A stretch of DNA of 63,991 nt, the filler included, from Phoronis australis (lineage: Eukaryota > Animalia > Phoronida), in NCBI GenBank assembly GCA_002633005.1. It is 6 parts of 6 records of this genome, joined end to end, with 100 filler letters (N's around TTAATTAATTAA, not from the genome) between each part and the next. Parts side by side here need not be neighbours in the genome. Positions count along the whole stretch, not along the records: positions 42,012 to 58,317 come from NMRA01001240.1; 5 more parts are not named here. One strand, written 5' to 3'. Position numbers and translations under genes: made by a program. This document shows positions 48,575 to 58,417 of this stretch, piece by piece. Below the pieces are notes generated by a model, which was not told where the DNA came from, ran no database searches, and saw nothing but the letters and a program-made list of their open reading frames with translations. Positions within the stretch are counted from its first letter, which is position 1, and each line of letters opens with the position of its first letter.

Positions 48575-50318
48575 TAAGAGCAGTACAGAACATTGAAATG
48601 CACCCACGAATGCACCGCAAACAGGTGCTTCTAGCTGGGGGTTGTTAATTTGTATCATAAAAATGGACACTAGATGGTGCAAAAATGTTCAATCCATCCG
48701 AAAATGGGAACAAGCAATCGCTTCTTTAATAGAAATCTATATACCAAATTTCAAAAATATCTGCCAAGGAACTTCAGAGAAACAAAGGAAAATGGAAAAA
48801 AATGCAGCGGGTTGAACAGATACAGCTACGGGTGCAAAACAAAACAAAACTACCACTAGGAGGCCTCATAGTAGTCAAAGTCGTCATCGCCAACCGTCCT
48901 CTTCGTCACTGAGAACATGTACACCAATTTTCAAAATCATCTTTACAATGGTTTGGTTGATAGAGGGGTGGACGCCAACAAACTGACTCGAAAACAGAAA
49001 AAATGGCCAACAGGTGAATAAATGCAGAATACCTCGATTCCATCCGAAAACGGAAGGATAGCGTCATATCACCCATAGATGCCGATAGTCCAAATTTTAA
49101 GAAAATCTGTCGAGGACCTTTAAAGATACAGAGGTAAATGTAAACAACTAAAATTGCCATTAGGGGGCACACCAGTAGTGAGATACGTCTGAAAGTCATC
49201 GTCCGTTGTCAATATCATTTAAATACACTTCCTAAATTTAGTAAAGATCCTGCAAACGGTTTAGGAGATACAGCCATGGGCGCATAAAAACTGCCACTAG
49301 GAGTTGCCGCAGTAGTCAAAGTCATCGAAAAATGATCATGAGCCATGTCTTCATAGTAAGAACATATACATGCCAATTTTCACAATCATCCTTAAGGCAG
49401 TTTGATAGAGGGGTGGACGCCAAAAACAGACTCGAAAACAGTAAAAATGGTCACAAGGAGGTGCAAACTACCTCGAATCTATCCGAAAACGGAAGGATAG
49501 CGTCATCTCACTAATAGATGCCCATATGCCAAATTTTATGAAAATCCGTTGAGGACCTTTGAAGATATAGAGGTGAATGTAAAAAACTAATTAAAACTAA
49601 AATTGCCACCAGGGGGCACATCGGCAGTCAGATCCATCCGAAAGTCATCGTCGTCTGTTGTCAACACCATATACACTAGGTCTTGCTACATTTAATAAAG
49701 ATCCTGTAAAGGGTTTAGGAAATATTGTCATAGGCGTAAAAAACTGCCACTAAGAGACACCACAATAGTCAAAGTCATTGGAAAATCATCATGAGCTGTC
49801 GTCTTTATAGTAAGAACATACATGTCAATTTTCACAATCATCCTTAGAGCAGTTTGGTTGATGGAGGGGTGGACGCCAAAAAACAGAATCGAAAAATTAC
49901 ACTAAAAATGGTAACAAGGTGGCGCAAACTACGTCGAATCCATCCGAAAATGGGGAGATAGCGTCATCTCACTAATAGATGCCAATATGCCATATTTTAT
50001 GAAAATAGGCTGAGAACATCTGAAGATACAGAAGTAAACGTAAAAAATAAAATTGCCACTAGGGGGCATACCAGTAGTCAGATACGTCCAAAATTTTTTT
50101 AATGCCCTCCCATCCATAAAAGAAACACATTGTGCAAAATTTCATAAAAATGCATCAAAGGGTTTTTGGAGATAAAGCAGCAAACGCCGGATGGATGCCG
50201 GACAGACGCCGGACGGACACCGGACGGACGCCGGACAGACGCCGGACGTACGCCAGACGGACGCCGGACGGACGGGAATGACAGCATAATGCATCCATAT
50301 ATAATTATGTGGGCGCAT
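48575..50318 (-). mobile_element. Near full-length HINE-like element with internal ~150-bp tandem units (450-bp trimer) and an (ACGG/ACGCCGG) microsatellite, in an ITPK1 intron
   Basis: subTIRs ATGCACCCAC (48598) and GTGGGCGCAT (50309-50318), A-runs at both flanks, microsatellite 50185-50275, trimer anchors at 49157, 49606 and 50056. Confidence 0.88.
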
Positions 50319-50887
50319 AAAAAGACTTGAAAATGGCCACTAAGTGACAAAAAATGTCGAATCCATCTGGAAATGGGAAGACATCATTGTCTCCTTAATG
50401 GAAGCCTATGCCGAATTTCATGAAAATCCATCAAGAAACTGAATATTTTTAACCAAAAACTATAACTAAAAAATCTTCTAATAAATTCTTAAGTACAGTA
50501 TTACTCTTTAAAGAGATTATGCATTACAAATTAGTTACTAACAAATGGGCCACTTGAATTGCTTATTCTTATAGGCAAATTGCATACTTGCGAACATTCA
50601 TAAGTTTACTAAATAAATGTTGTACATATGGTACACAGATCTGGCCACTGTCACTCTTCTAGCCATACAGATGTTCTGTGTCTGACCAAGATAAGCCACC
50701 TAAGTTTGAAACAAATTGATTGTTTTCTACTTCAAACAGAGACTACAACAAGGATCAGCAGGCTCAAATGCTGACCTAATTTTTAACCTGTTGTATCAGC
50801 AAATGACACAACTCAACAACAGTTTGTGTTATGCTGCAAACAATCTTTCAACATGGTCAACTTATTGATATTTAAAATTATACTTGC

Positions 50888-50958
50888 AGTGTTCAGATCG
50901 CAAGGCTTGGATGCATGTTTTGAAATATTCCTGCTGTCAAAAGCAATTGAAGCATCCA
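50888..50958 (-). CDS. ITPK1: ITPK1-like short exon (71 bp if the GC donor is used)
   Basis: attacag|TG GAT GCT...: (V)DASIAFDSRNISKHASKPCDLNT, resembling the SIFFNSHNVSK segment of ITPK1. The donor is ambiguous (ACT|GCAAGT or CAA|GTATAA). Confidence 0.8.
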
Positions 50959-51882
50959 CTGTAATGTTCAACAAATTGTGTTATGTACAAGATCACAACT
51001 GAAAAGGATTCAAATTATACCATAAAGGTCATGATAGATAATAAATTTTCGTATTCTATATCATATTTCAAATAGTTAGCTTCATCTGTGCTCTGATGCT
51101 AAGGTAGTTGTTGGCTACTTTCGACACCAAGGATTGAATTTTGTAAATAACTTTAATAGTAGACCCAAAAAAATCCTTGAAGATCACAGAATATTGTTTA
51201 GTGGAAGAAAGTAATGCCCAGCAGTTAGTTATCAAATGATTGCATTTTGTTCAAAAAATCATGATTTGTCACAGAGATTACTGTTCCTCAAATATGAATG
51301 TTTCTGCACATAACTGCAAAATTTTGCTTCTTTATTATGCTAGACACTTAACAAAGAAACAGAATTTGCAACTTCCATGAAAAAAATGTTTGTGGAAAAA
51401 CAATTTTTTTAGAAAAAATAAAGTTACATGATTGATACAAACAAATTCTGAGCATTTTTGTGCACATAACAACACTTTGTGATCATCAACAATTTTAATA
51501 GGATATAGGTTTATGGGTCTACAAGAAAATACATCCTTGATAAGAATGAATGAGGGACCTTAACCAAGCCTCATCTGACCAGCCTAATTACTTGTGTTCT
51601 CAGATGTTAAAAAAAACAAGATACCAAAAGGAGAAAACAGTGAGTGACAAACATAATTCTTAAAATTGTTTTATTTTTGAGGGCTTACTAAAAAGAGCAA
51701 AATATTCAAATTTTCATCATTTCTGTGACAGTTGAACTGTGCTAACAATGATGTAAAATTCTAGTTACCTTTCTTAAGAAATGTTACACAAAACTAATTC
51801 AAACATTAAAAAAATAAAAGTTCACTTTTCGTGCCATTATTGAGTCCTATGCTGATGAGTTTTTACTGTGTCTGTAACTCAC

Positions 51883-52042
51883 CTGAACTACAGAAATTCC
51901 TCAGTGACTTCCTGGGTACCACAAAACTGTCCCGTCCAATACAGTAGACTTTGTACAAGACAGCATTGTGATTGACAAACTCTTGCAGGAAGCAAGGTGT
52001 TACAACCTCCTTCAGGCCTGCATCATTGAAAACCAACACCAT
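51883..52042 (-). CDS. ITPK1: ITPK1-like exon
   Basis: ttatag|MVLVFNDAGLKEVVTPCFLQEFVNHNAVLYKVYCIGRDSFVVPRKSLRNFCSS|gtgagt; QxFxNHNAVLYKV and RxSLxNF motifs. Confidence 0.95.
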
Positions 52043-52153
52043 CTATAATCCAGATACAACATTAATCAGCATTGTAGAATAAAATGCTCATTATCCGGCT
52101 CCGTTAGTATGATGAGTGATGGAAAGTTACCTCACCGAAGTCTAATTGGCGTG

Positions 52154-52203
52154 GTTGACAAAGCTTTTGGACCCTTCTCAGGTCAGCTGTCTCCAGTGTC
52201 AAC
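52154..52203 (-). ncRNA. Degenerate minimal type I hammerhead ribozyme in the Penelope pLTR
   Basis: GTTGACA-CTGGAGA-..GACC(tgagaag)GGTC-CAAAAGCTT-TGTCAAC: perfect 7-bp helix I and a helix II, with both core boxes one base off consensus. Confidence 0.6.
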
Positions 52204-52663
52204 TGACAGAAAATTTCCCTGCCCTATCCCATCATGTGGCAGCCATGTGAAACGCCTACTAGCCACCATGGAAAACTAAAGAGTTGTGAGTATCAGGTGT
52301 CACCTATCCTTAATCCCTGTTGGGGAGGGTTTTCCCCACCTAATCTCCACTGCCTCACAGATTTTTCTACTCTGACATTTATCCTCACAGGCAAAGAGAG
52401 TTAGACCCTAAGATTAAGTAATATTATGCAGACGAAACATTATAGTCTCCCTCTTCTGTGAGACTTTTGCACAATGCATTCCTTAACTCTAGTGCATAGA
52501 TTGCGAGAAGATCTCACGCATATAAGTAGCTGGCCACCCTGGGCAACTGATTTTGCAGATCATTTTTTTAAAGTCATGTGTTTTGTCCTTTGGGTGAACT
52601 ACAGTGGTACAGTCATGTAAGCTTCTCAGAGTGTTGATAGGTTTGTGGTAGGTTCCCATTCTG

Positions 52664-52809
52664 GGCTGGGTTGCATAAAACTTCAAAGTTATGCGCTGGA
52701 TAAGTTTGATTGATGCATGACGTCAGGTGCATTATTCAACAATAAGGAGGCGCGTGATGATGCGGCGTCATTGTTGCTATACGGCATATAACTTTTATGC
52801 AACTGAGCT
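52664..52809. mobile_element. PIF/Harbinger-type MITE nested in the Penelope element, CTG TSD
   Basis: CTG|GGCTGGGTTGCATAAAA ... TTTTATGCAACTGAGCT|CTG; removing it rejoins the Penelope coding fragments. Confidence 0.75.
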
Positions 52810-53215
52810 CTGATGAGTCTGTGAAAAACCTCTCACATGAGGAAGGGGTACTCTTATCCTATCCTATCCCTCTTAGGGTGGTGATGCAGTGTGAGACACA
52901 AGTCCTTGTAGTAGTTGTCCTTAGGAGTTCCTTTAAACTTGTACCGATTCCTGTTGTCTATTCTCTTCTCCAGTGACTACATTCTCAACCATGTGCAACA
53001 CTGCTCTACCCACAGATAGTTTGTGTTGTAATTAAGTGAGGATTTGAATGGAAATTCAAATACTGATCAGGATTTCTTTATACAGATTAGGTGGAAAAAC
53101 CCTTCCTTAGCAGGGATTAAAGACATGATCTAGCTACTATTTACAACACCTCAGTTTCTCATGGTCGCCAATAGGTTTCTCACCTGACGGGAGAGGTTGG
53201 GGAAATTTTCAGTCA

Positions 53216-53252
53216 GTCGACACCAAAGAAGGACTCGAAAAGCTATGTTAAC
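53216..53252 (+). ncRNA. Second degenerate hammerhead copy in the inverted pLTR
   Basis: GTCGACA-CCAAAGA-AGGACTC-GAAAAGCTA-TGTTAAC; GAAA box intact, helix II partly deleted. Confidence 0.45.
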
Positions 53253-53856
53253 AAAGCCAAGTAGACTCTGAAAACTGAGATAAGCTTCCGTCACTCACTA
53301 TATCAGTATGTTGTGAATTTGTAGAGTTGACTGTTTCCTAGTATGCAGCCCAAGCTCAAGTTATTTGAACAATCAAGATAATGAACCTAGTAAACAAATT
53401 CAGCATGCAATTTATGTAGAGCCACACAACTCATATCCATACAAAATAAAAACTAATTAACCTAAAACACAAGGTCTAAAATCAAGAAGCTATATATTAC
53501 TGCAGTTAATGATGAAAAAACAATGAGAAATCAACAATTAAGGACTACTTAACAATGAATGGGAAAACACATGAATTTGGTAGCTACTTTTTCAGAGTCA
53601 CTCTGAGCATATCAATGTCATAAAATTGTCCATTGTCATGAATGGTTGGACTTATTGACATACACCTGAGAATCCTAACCAGTCAACACTACTATCAATG
53701 GCTTTTCATTCTTTGTTCTGCCTCATATTGTTGTGGTCTGACAAGTCTACATATTTTGCTAAGTATCTACAAAATTATAAATTTTAACTCTACAAAGAAT
53801 ATTTTTTGATGATGGAGAAGCTCTAGCATTTGATTTTTTTACTTTTATACCGATCT

Positions 53857-53941
53857 ACCATTAATTGTGTCACGTGACCATTAATTGTGTCATGTGACCA
53901 TTAATTGTGTCACGTGACCATTAATTGTATCACGTGACCAT
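53857..53941. repeat. 20-bp minisatellite x4 (ACCATTAATTGTGTCACGTG) carrying E-boxes
   Basis: Four near-identical units read directly from the sequence. Confidence 0.95.
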
Positions 53942-54131
53942 GTCTTTTCCAGTAAAATTTAGAAGAAAAAGGAGATAGTAAAACAACTGCTTTACAATAG
54001 CATTATACCAACAACATGACCAATTTTGTTTGATAATGCTCAAAATGAAATTTTTATCATCATTTAGTTTTATGCAAATTTTGATTTTGCTCACAAAAAT
54101 CATATTGGTAAACATCCTCAGTACTTTATAA

Positions 54132-54666
54132 AGAGGCATGGAATGCAAAAGCTAGTCAAAATATATTTGAAACAATTCCAGATTAAAGTACATCTCGCAA
54201 CCTCTAGTACAGAGTAACACACTTTCCCCTATGAGGAAATTTCCAGAAAAAAATTACAAAATTCATGATTTTTTAAATATACGCGAAGGAATAACTATGG
54301 TTACCACAGAGTTTCTAATCTCCCTCCCACTTATGACAAATGCGCTCACAGTCAGTTGCTTGAAGTCACTTGAGGTCAAAAGTCCCAGTTTCCATTTAAG
54401 GAAATGTGTTACGTCTATGTCTTGCCATACCAAATAAGAAGACATGCTTTGCCTTGTGGGAGAAAAATTGACGAAGTGGCGAGCAGTTGACAGGTCGTTT
54501 TTTTTTGAAATTTGAACCTAAAAGAAAATGCTTTGATATCAACAGAATTTAAAATCTGTACGAAAAAACCCTAAAAGTACCTAGAGAGCAGGTTGAATTC
54601 TGTTTTAGTGGCAGAGAAACACTTTAAATATTGCAATTTAGTCTGTTTACTGTGTTCCAGGCCTCT
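54132..54666. mobile_element. Non-autonomous Kolobok-type element, second copy of the 32122-32777 family, inverted
   Basis: ATAA|AGAGGCATGGAA ... TTCCAGGCCTCT|TTAA; internal TTTCTAATCTCCCTCCCACTTATGA and ATGCTTTGCCTTGTGG are shared with the first copy. Confidence 0.85.
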
Positions 54667-54779
54667 TTAAAGTGCATAAAGCACGTTATCAGAAACTTTC
54701 ATATGAATCAGATCAGCCATTTTTAAGCAAAATTCGACAGTTTTCTATCCAAAAGGGTCCTACATAAGCTTGACCTCGA

Positions 54780-55016
54780 GGAGGCAGTGTGGCCTAGTGG
54801 GATGAGTGTCTGCTTCCTTTACTCAAAGTTGTGGGTTCACACTGGGACACACTGCTGAACCCTTGAGTCAGGTCTCTAGCTCCTCAACTTGGTTTTAACT
54901 ACATGTATTAATAAAGCATAAAAATGGTTCCAGGTGATCAATGCAATAGGCGCACTATAGTAGCCTGAGCAATCATGGTACAACATGTACTAGACTGAGT
55001 GCTATTATCATTTTTT
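54780..55016 (+). mobile_element. tRNA-derived SINE, diverged
   Basis: A-box TGGCCTAGTGG, B-box-like GGGTTCAC, central CCCTTGAG.CAGG block and AT-rich tail. Confidence 0.6.
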
Positions 55017-56074
55017 ATAACCTTAACCAAGTTAGTGGCAGCAAATACGTTGCTTTGGCCTAAAGCTGAAAGCTGCAGCAGTTAGAATGCTTCAAGCAGT
55101 ATCTATCACCCCACAGGAAGATGTGCAGAAACTGGGAAAATTCAAACTTACTCACACTTGCACTCATTTTTTCACACCAAAGAAAAGTGAATAGTCAAAC
55201 ATTAATTCACAAACTGCGTCATACAAAACCAGGTGACAAAAAACTTTGAAAGTTTCATAGTAATTACTTGACTAGAAACCAGTCCATGTTTACCATCTGT
55301 GGGCGCACTCAGTCCAATGTGACATGCTGCTCAAGTGTAAAATATACCCCTGGCAGCTTGTTTTTCACAGTAATCACTCTATCTAGACTGGTTGGAGACT
55401 ATTAACGAGGCTCTCTTTTTCAGGGATAAATTTTGAACAAATTGCATCGTTCATAGGTACCAGTCAGGACCTTTAACACATTTCAGTTAGAAAAGGTCTC
55501 TCGCTTACTTTACACAGTAAGCAGATGAACTAGTTCAGACCAACTGTCAATAGAAGCCCCAAGGCAATAAAAAAACATCAAATTGGACAAAATCAAGTTA
55601 ATATTGGTGAACCTTCCTAGTGAAACAATCAATGAACTCAAATTTTATCACATCATTATTCAATGCTAGTCACATTAAAAAGGATAACAAAGGGATTCCA
55701 CTCCAAAACACGAACCAACACAATGGTTTTCAATGAAGTTTATCAACAGTAATTGCACTCCTTATTGGTTATCATGAATCATAGTAAAAAGCCAAGATAG
55801 ATCACATGTGGGTCATTTCGCGATGCCCATTTCACCTCCCTCTGACCACAGTTTGAAAATTGTGAATTATTCTAAATTCTGTTAAGCATATGCTTAGATG
55901 CTATAAACAAGAGAAATCCCAGAGCAGCACAGAAAAGACAAGGTGTCTCAATAAAAGGGCTAAAACCTGAATACAGGCTAGTTTTATTTTTGCTTCACTG
56001 AAACAAAAAATCTCATTTATGACAGACAATGTATTATCAAGTTATCAACTGTACACTTATTGACCTATCACCAG

Positions 56075-56477
56075 GGCCTGGTCTCTAATTGTTGTACTCG
56101 AAACGAACTCGAAACTATTTTTGGCATTTTCACTGCTCCTTTTGTGCAAACTTAAGACAATTGGTTATCAGACTGTGCTCGAATACATTATAGTTTATGC
56201 ATAGGAGTTTCTAGTTCAAGTTTGCCCTTGAAGACCCTTATATTCGTGCTACAAACTCGAGTAAAAACTCGAAATTTCGAGTTCAAACTCGAACTTATTG
56301 CTTTAATATTGGGTTTACGAACTGTGAACTAAGGGCAATGAATTATCTACATAAGTTATTGTGTACTCGAGCATAGAATAATAAGACACTTATCTTGAGT
56401 TCGCCCAAAAGTAACTGTAGAAAATGCCAAACCTAATTTCGAGTTCCATTTCAAGTAAAAAGATTGGAGACCGGGCC
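56075..56477. mobile_element. Foldback PIF/Harbinger-type MITE, CAG TSD
   Basis: CAG|GGCCTGGTCTCTAAT ... ATTGGAGACCGGGCC|CAG; the arms stay complementary for over 150 bp (TTTGGCATTTTC/GAAAATGCCAAA, GCCCTT/AAGGGC). Confidence 0.88.
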
Positions 56478-56813
56478 CAGGAGTCTAAGTGATGGCTTAA
56501 CTGACCAATTAAAACACAGCATTTTTGACACACCTTTATTTCCAAATCGCCATTTTACCCGACAAACAACTCGTTGCCCAGTAAAATTTATTGTTTGTTT
56601 GTCGACATTTCGCAAGAGAGCGGAGCTTGAAATAAATCAATTTGCAGTAAGCTCAAAGCAATACATCATCTGAACAAACCTTTTACACTGACTGTTACAG
56701 TGTACATTAAAGTGGTTTATTGTTAACAATGCATTAAGTTTTAGCCCTTCTACAAAATGAAACAATACTTTATCAGCTCAGATCATGCATCCATGGGCAC
56801 ATTGAAATGTTAC

Positions 56814-56845
56814 CTGCTTTAATGAAGGGTTGATACACTTGCAAA
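56814..56845 (-). CDS. ITPK1: ITPK1-like 32-bp exon, the most 5' exon found in the scaffold; earlier exons are missing
   Basis: ttcctcttgttttag|TT TGC AAG TGT ATC AAC CCT TCA TTA AAG CAG|gtaaca gives xCKCINPSLKQ. Strong splice sites, phase 0 join to MVLVFN, and CK corresponds to the ITPK1 ICK lysine. Confidence 0.7.
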
Positions 56846-57137
56846 CTAAAACAAGAGGAAAAACTAGCAACATCAAACAGATGCCAGAGGATGATGCAAG
56901 GCTTTTACAAAATTAATAATTAATTTGAGGATAGGCAAAATAACTACATTAAACTCTGACTAAAGTTCAAAAAAAAAATAAGACAAATTCTTGACTAAAT
57001 TACCAACTAATTCTCATAAGCAGTTCGCCGAAGCTCAAAGTTGACAGAATTCTGTTGAAGTCTATCCATTTTATTTTGAAAACTACCCCACACAGTACTG
57101 TTAACATTAGCCCCACTCTACTTATCTAAATTCCTCA

Positions 57138-57712
57138 GGGCTGTTCCAGTAAAATCTGTATGGGAGGGGGGGAAGGCACCTTTTTTTCGCACCCACCACC
57201 CATATTTTTCATTTATTTCTTCAGCCTACCACCCGTAATTTTTTATAAGTTTGAAATGCAACCACCCATAATTTTTTTTTTCTTGTGGTTGACTGCACAG
57301 GCGCTTGAGTTTATCTGTTCCTCCATAACCACTAACGTCATTCATTACTAAGAAAACATAAACATATGTTTCTTATATATGGTTATTAGCCATCGAGAAA
57401 TTCGAGCACCTGTGGTTAAATGGTGTTATGGGGATGCCGATGAGGAGATCGGAGGGAGTGAAAAAGTCGGAGCTTTTTGCAAGTTGCATTTTTGTTTCAG
57501 TTTTTGATTCTGTGCAGATTGTTTATAAAATTTACTAAAATTACCCACCATCAAACATTTATGGCCCAATGAAACAACAACGACCTGTAAATTTTTATTT
57601 TTTTTGAAGTACGACCACCAGCCATTTTGAATTTAAATCAAACGCAACCACCCATAAATTTTTATTTCATTTGCCTTCCCCCCCTCACACACAGATTTTG
57701 CTGGAACAGCCC
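57138..57712. mobile_element. PIF/Harbinger-type MITE with ACCACCC internal repeats
   Basis: TCA|GGGCTGTTCCAGTAAAATCTGT ... ACAGATTTTGCTGGAACAGCCC|TAA; imperfect TIR of about 40 bp; 3-bp TSD with one mismatch. Confidence 0.85.
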
Positions 57713-57714
57713 TA

Positions 57715-58317
57715 AACCGTTTGCAGCATCTTTTCTAAATTTAGCAAGTGTATTTATATGATGTTAACAACGGATAACAACAACTTTCGGATGAATCTGA
57801 TTACCAGTGTGCCCCCTAGTGGCAATTTTCACTTTTTAGGCTTACCTCTGTATCTTCAAAGGTCTTCAATGGATTATCAGAAAGTTTGGAATATAGACAT
57901 TTGTTGGTGACATGATGCTATCCTGCTTTCAGATGGAATCGAGGAATTTTTGTGCCACCTAGTGGCCATTTTTCCTGTTTTTGAGTCTTGTTTTTTGGCG
58001 TCCACCCCTCGATCAACCAAACCATTCCGAGGATGACTTTGAAAATTGGTGTATATGTTCTCAGTGAGAAGCGGACGGTTGACAATAATTCATTCAACTA
58101 CTGTAGCGCCTCCTAGTGGTAGTTTTGTTTTGTTTTGTTTTTTGCCCATAGCTGCATCTCCTAAACTCACTGCAAGATCTTTATTAAATTTAGTAATCGT
58201 ATTTATTTGAAGCTAACAACAGATGATGACGTCTTTGAGGCGAATCCAATGAAGGCTGTGTCCCAAAGTGGCAATTTCAGTATTTTTTGTTTTCCTTTGT
58301 TTCTCTAAAGTTTCTTG
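57715..58317 (+). mobile_element. HINE-like internal tandem units, cut by scaffold end
   Basis: Reverse complement of 48760-49270; motif anchors at 57809, 57952, 58106 and about 58257. Confidence 0.85.
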
Positions 58318-58417
58318 NNNNNNNNNNNNNNNNNNNNNNNNNNNNNNNNNNNNNNNNNNNNTTAATTAATTAANNNNNNNNNNNNNNNNNNNNNNNNNNN
58401 NNNNNNNNNNNNNNNNN
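58318..58417. other. Artificial scaffold linker
   Basis: 44 N + TTAATTAATTAA (58362-58373) + 44 N. Confidence 0.97.

Larger units (their letters stand above)
52105..53305 (-). mobile_element. 5'-truncated, decayed Penelope-like retroelement (RT C-terminus plus GIY-YIG endonuclease) with an inverted pLTR copy at its 5' side
   Basis: Minus-strand fragments in the expected order from 53085 down: SV*RNPDQYLNFHSN, HKLSVGRAVLH, VPLPHVRGFS, YHKPINTLRS..VHPKDK..KISC..ATY..E..RNLCTRVKE, RKICEAVEIR...NRD. 52110-52345 is an inverted copy of 53085-53305. Confidence 0.88.

Noticed and set aside
52429-52821. Plus-strand hammerhead from CAGACGAAAC (52429) and CTGATGAGTCTG (52810)
   Set aside because: The halves are about 380 nt apart, antisense to the Penelope ORF, and no helix I could be formed.
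55290-55335. Alternative ITPK1 exon candidate ending ...GCCCACAGATG|gtaaac
   Set aside because: No CK motif, no good acceptor and no convincing match to the expected ITPK1 segment.
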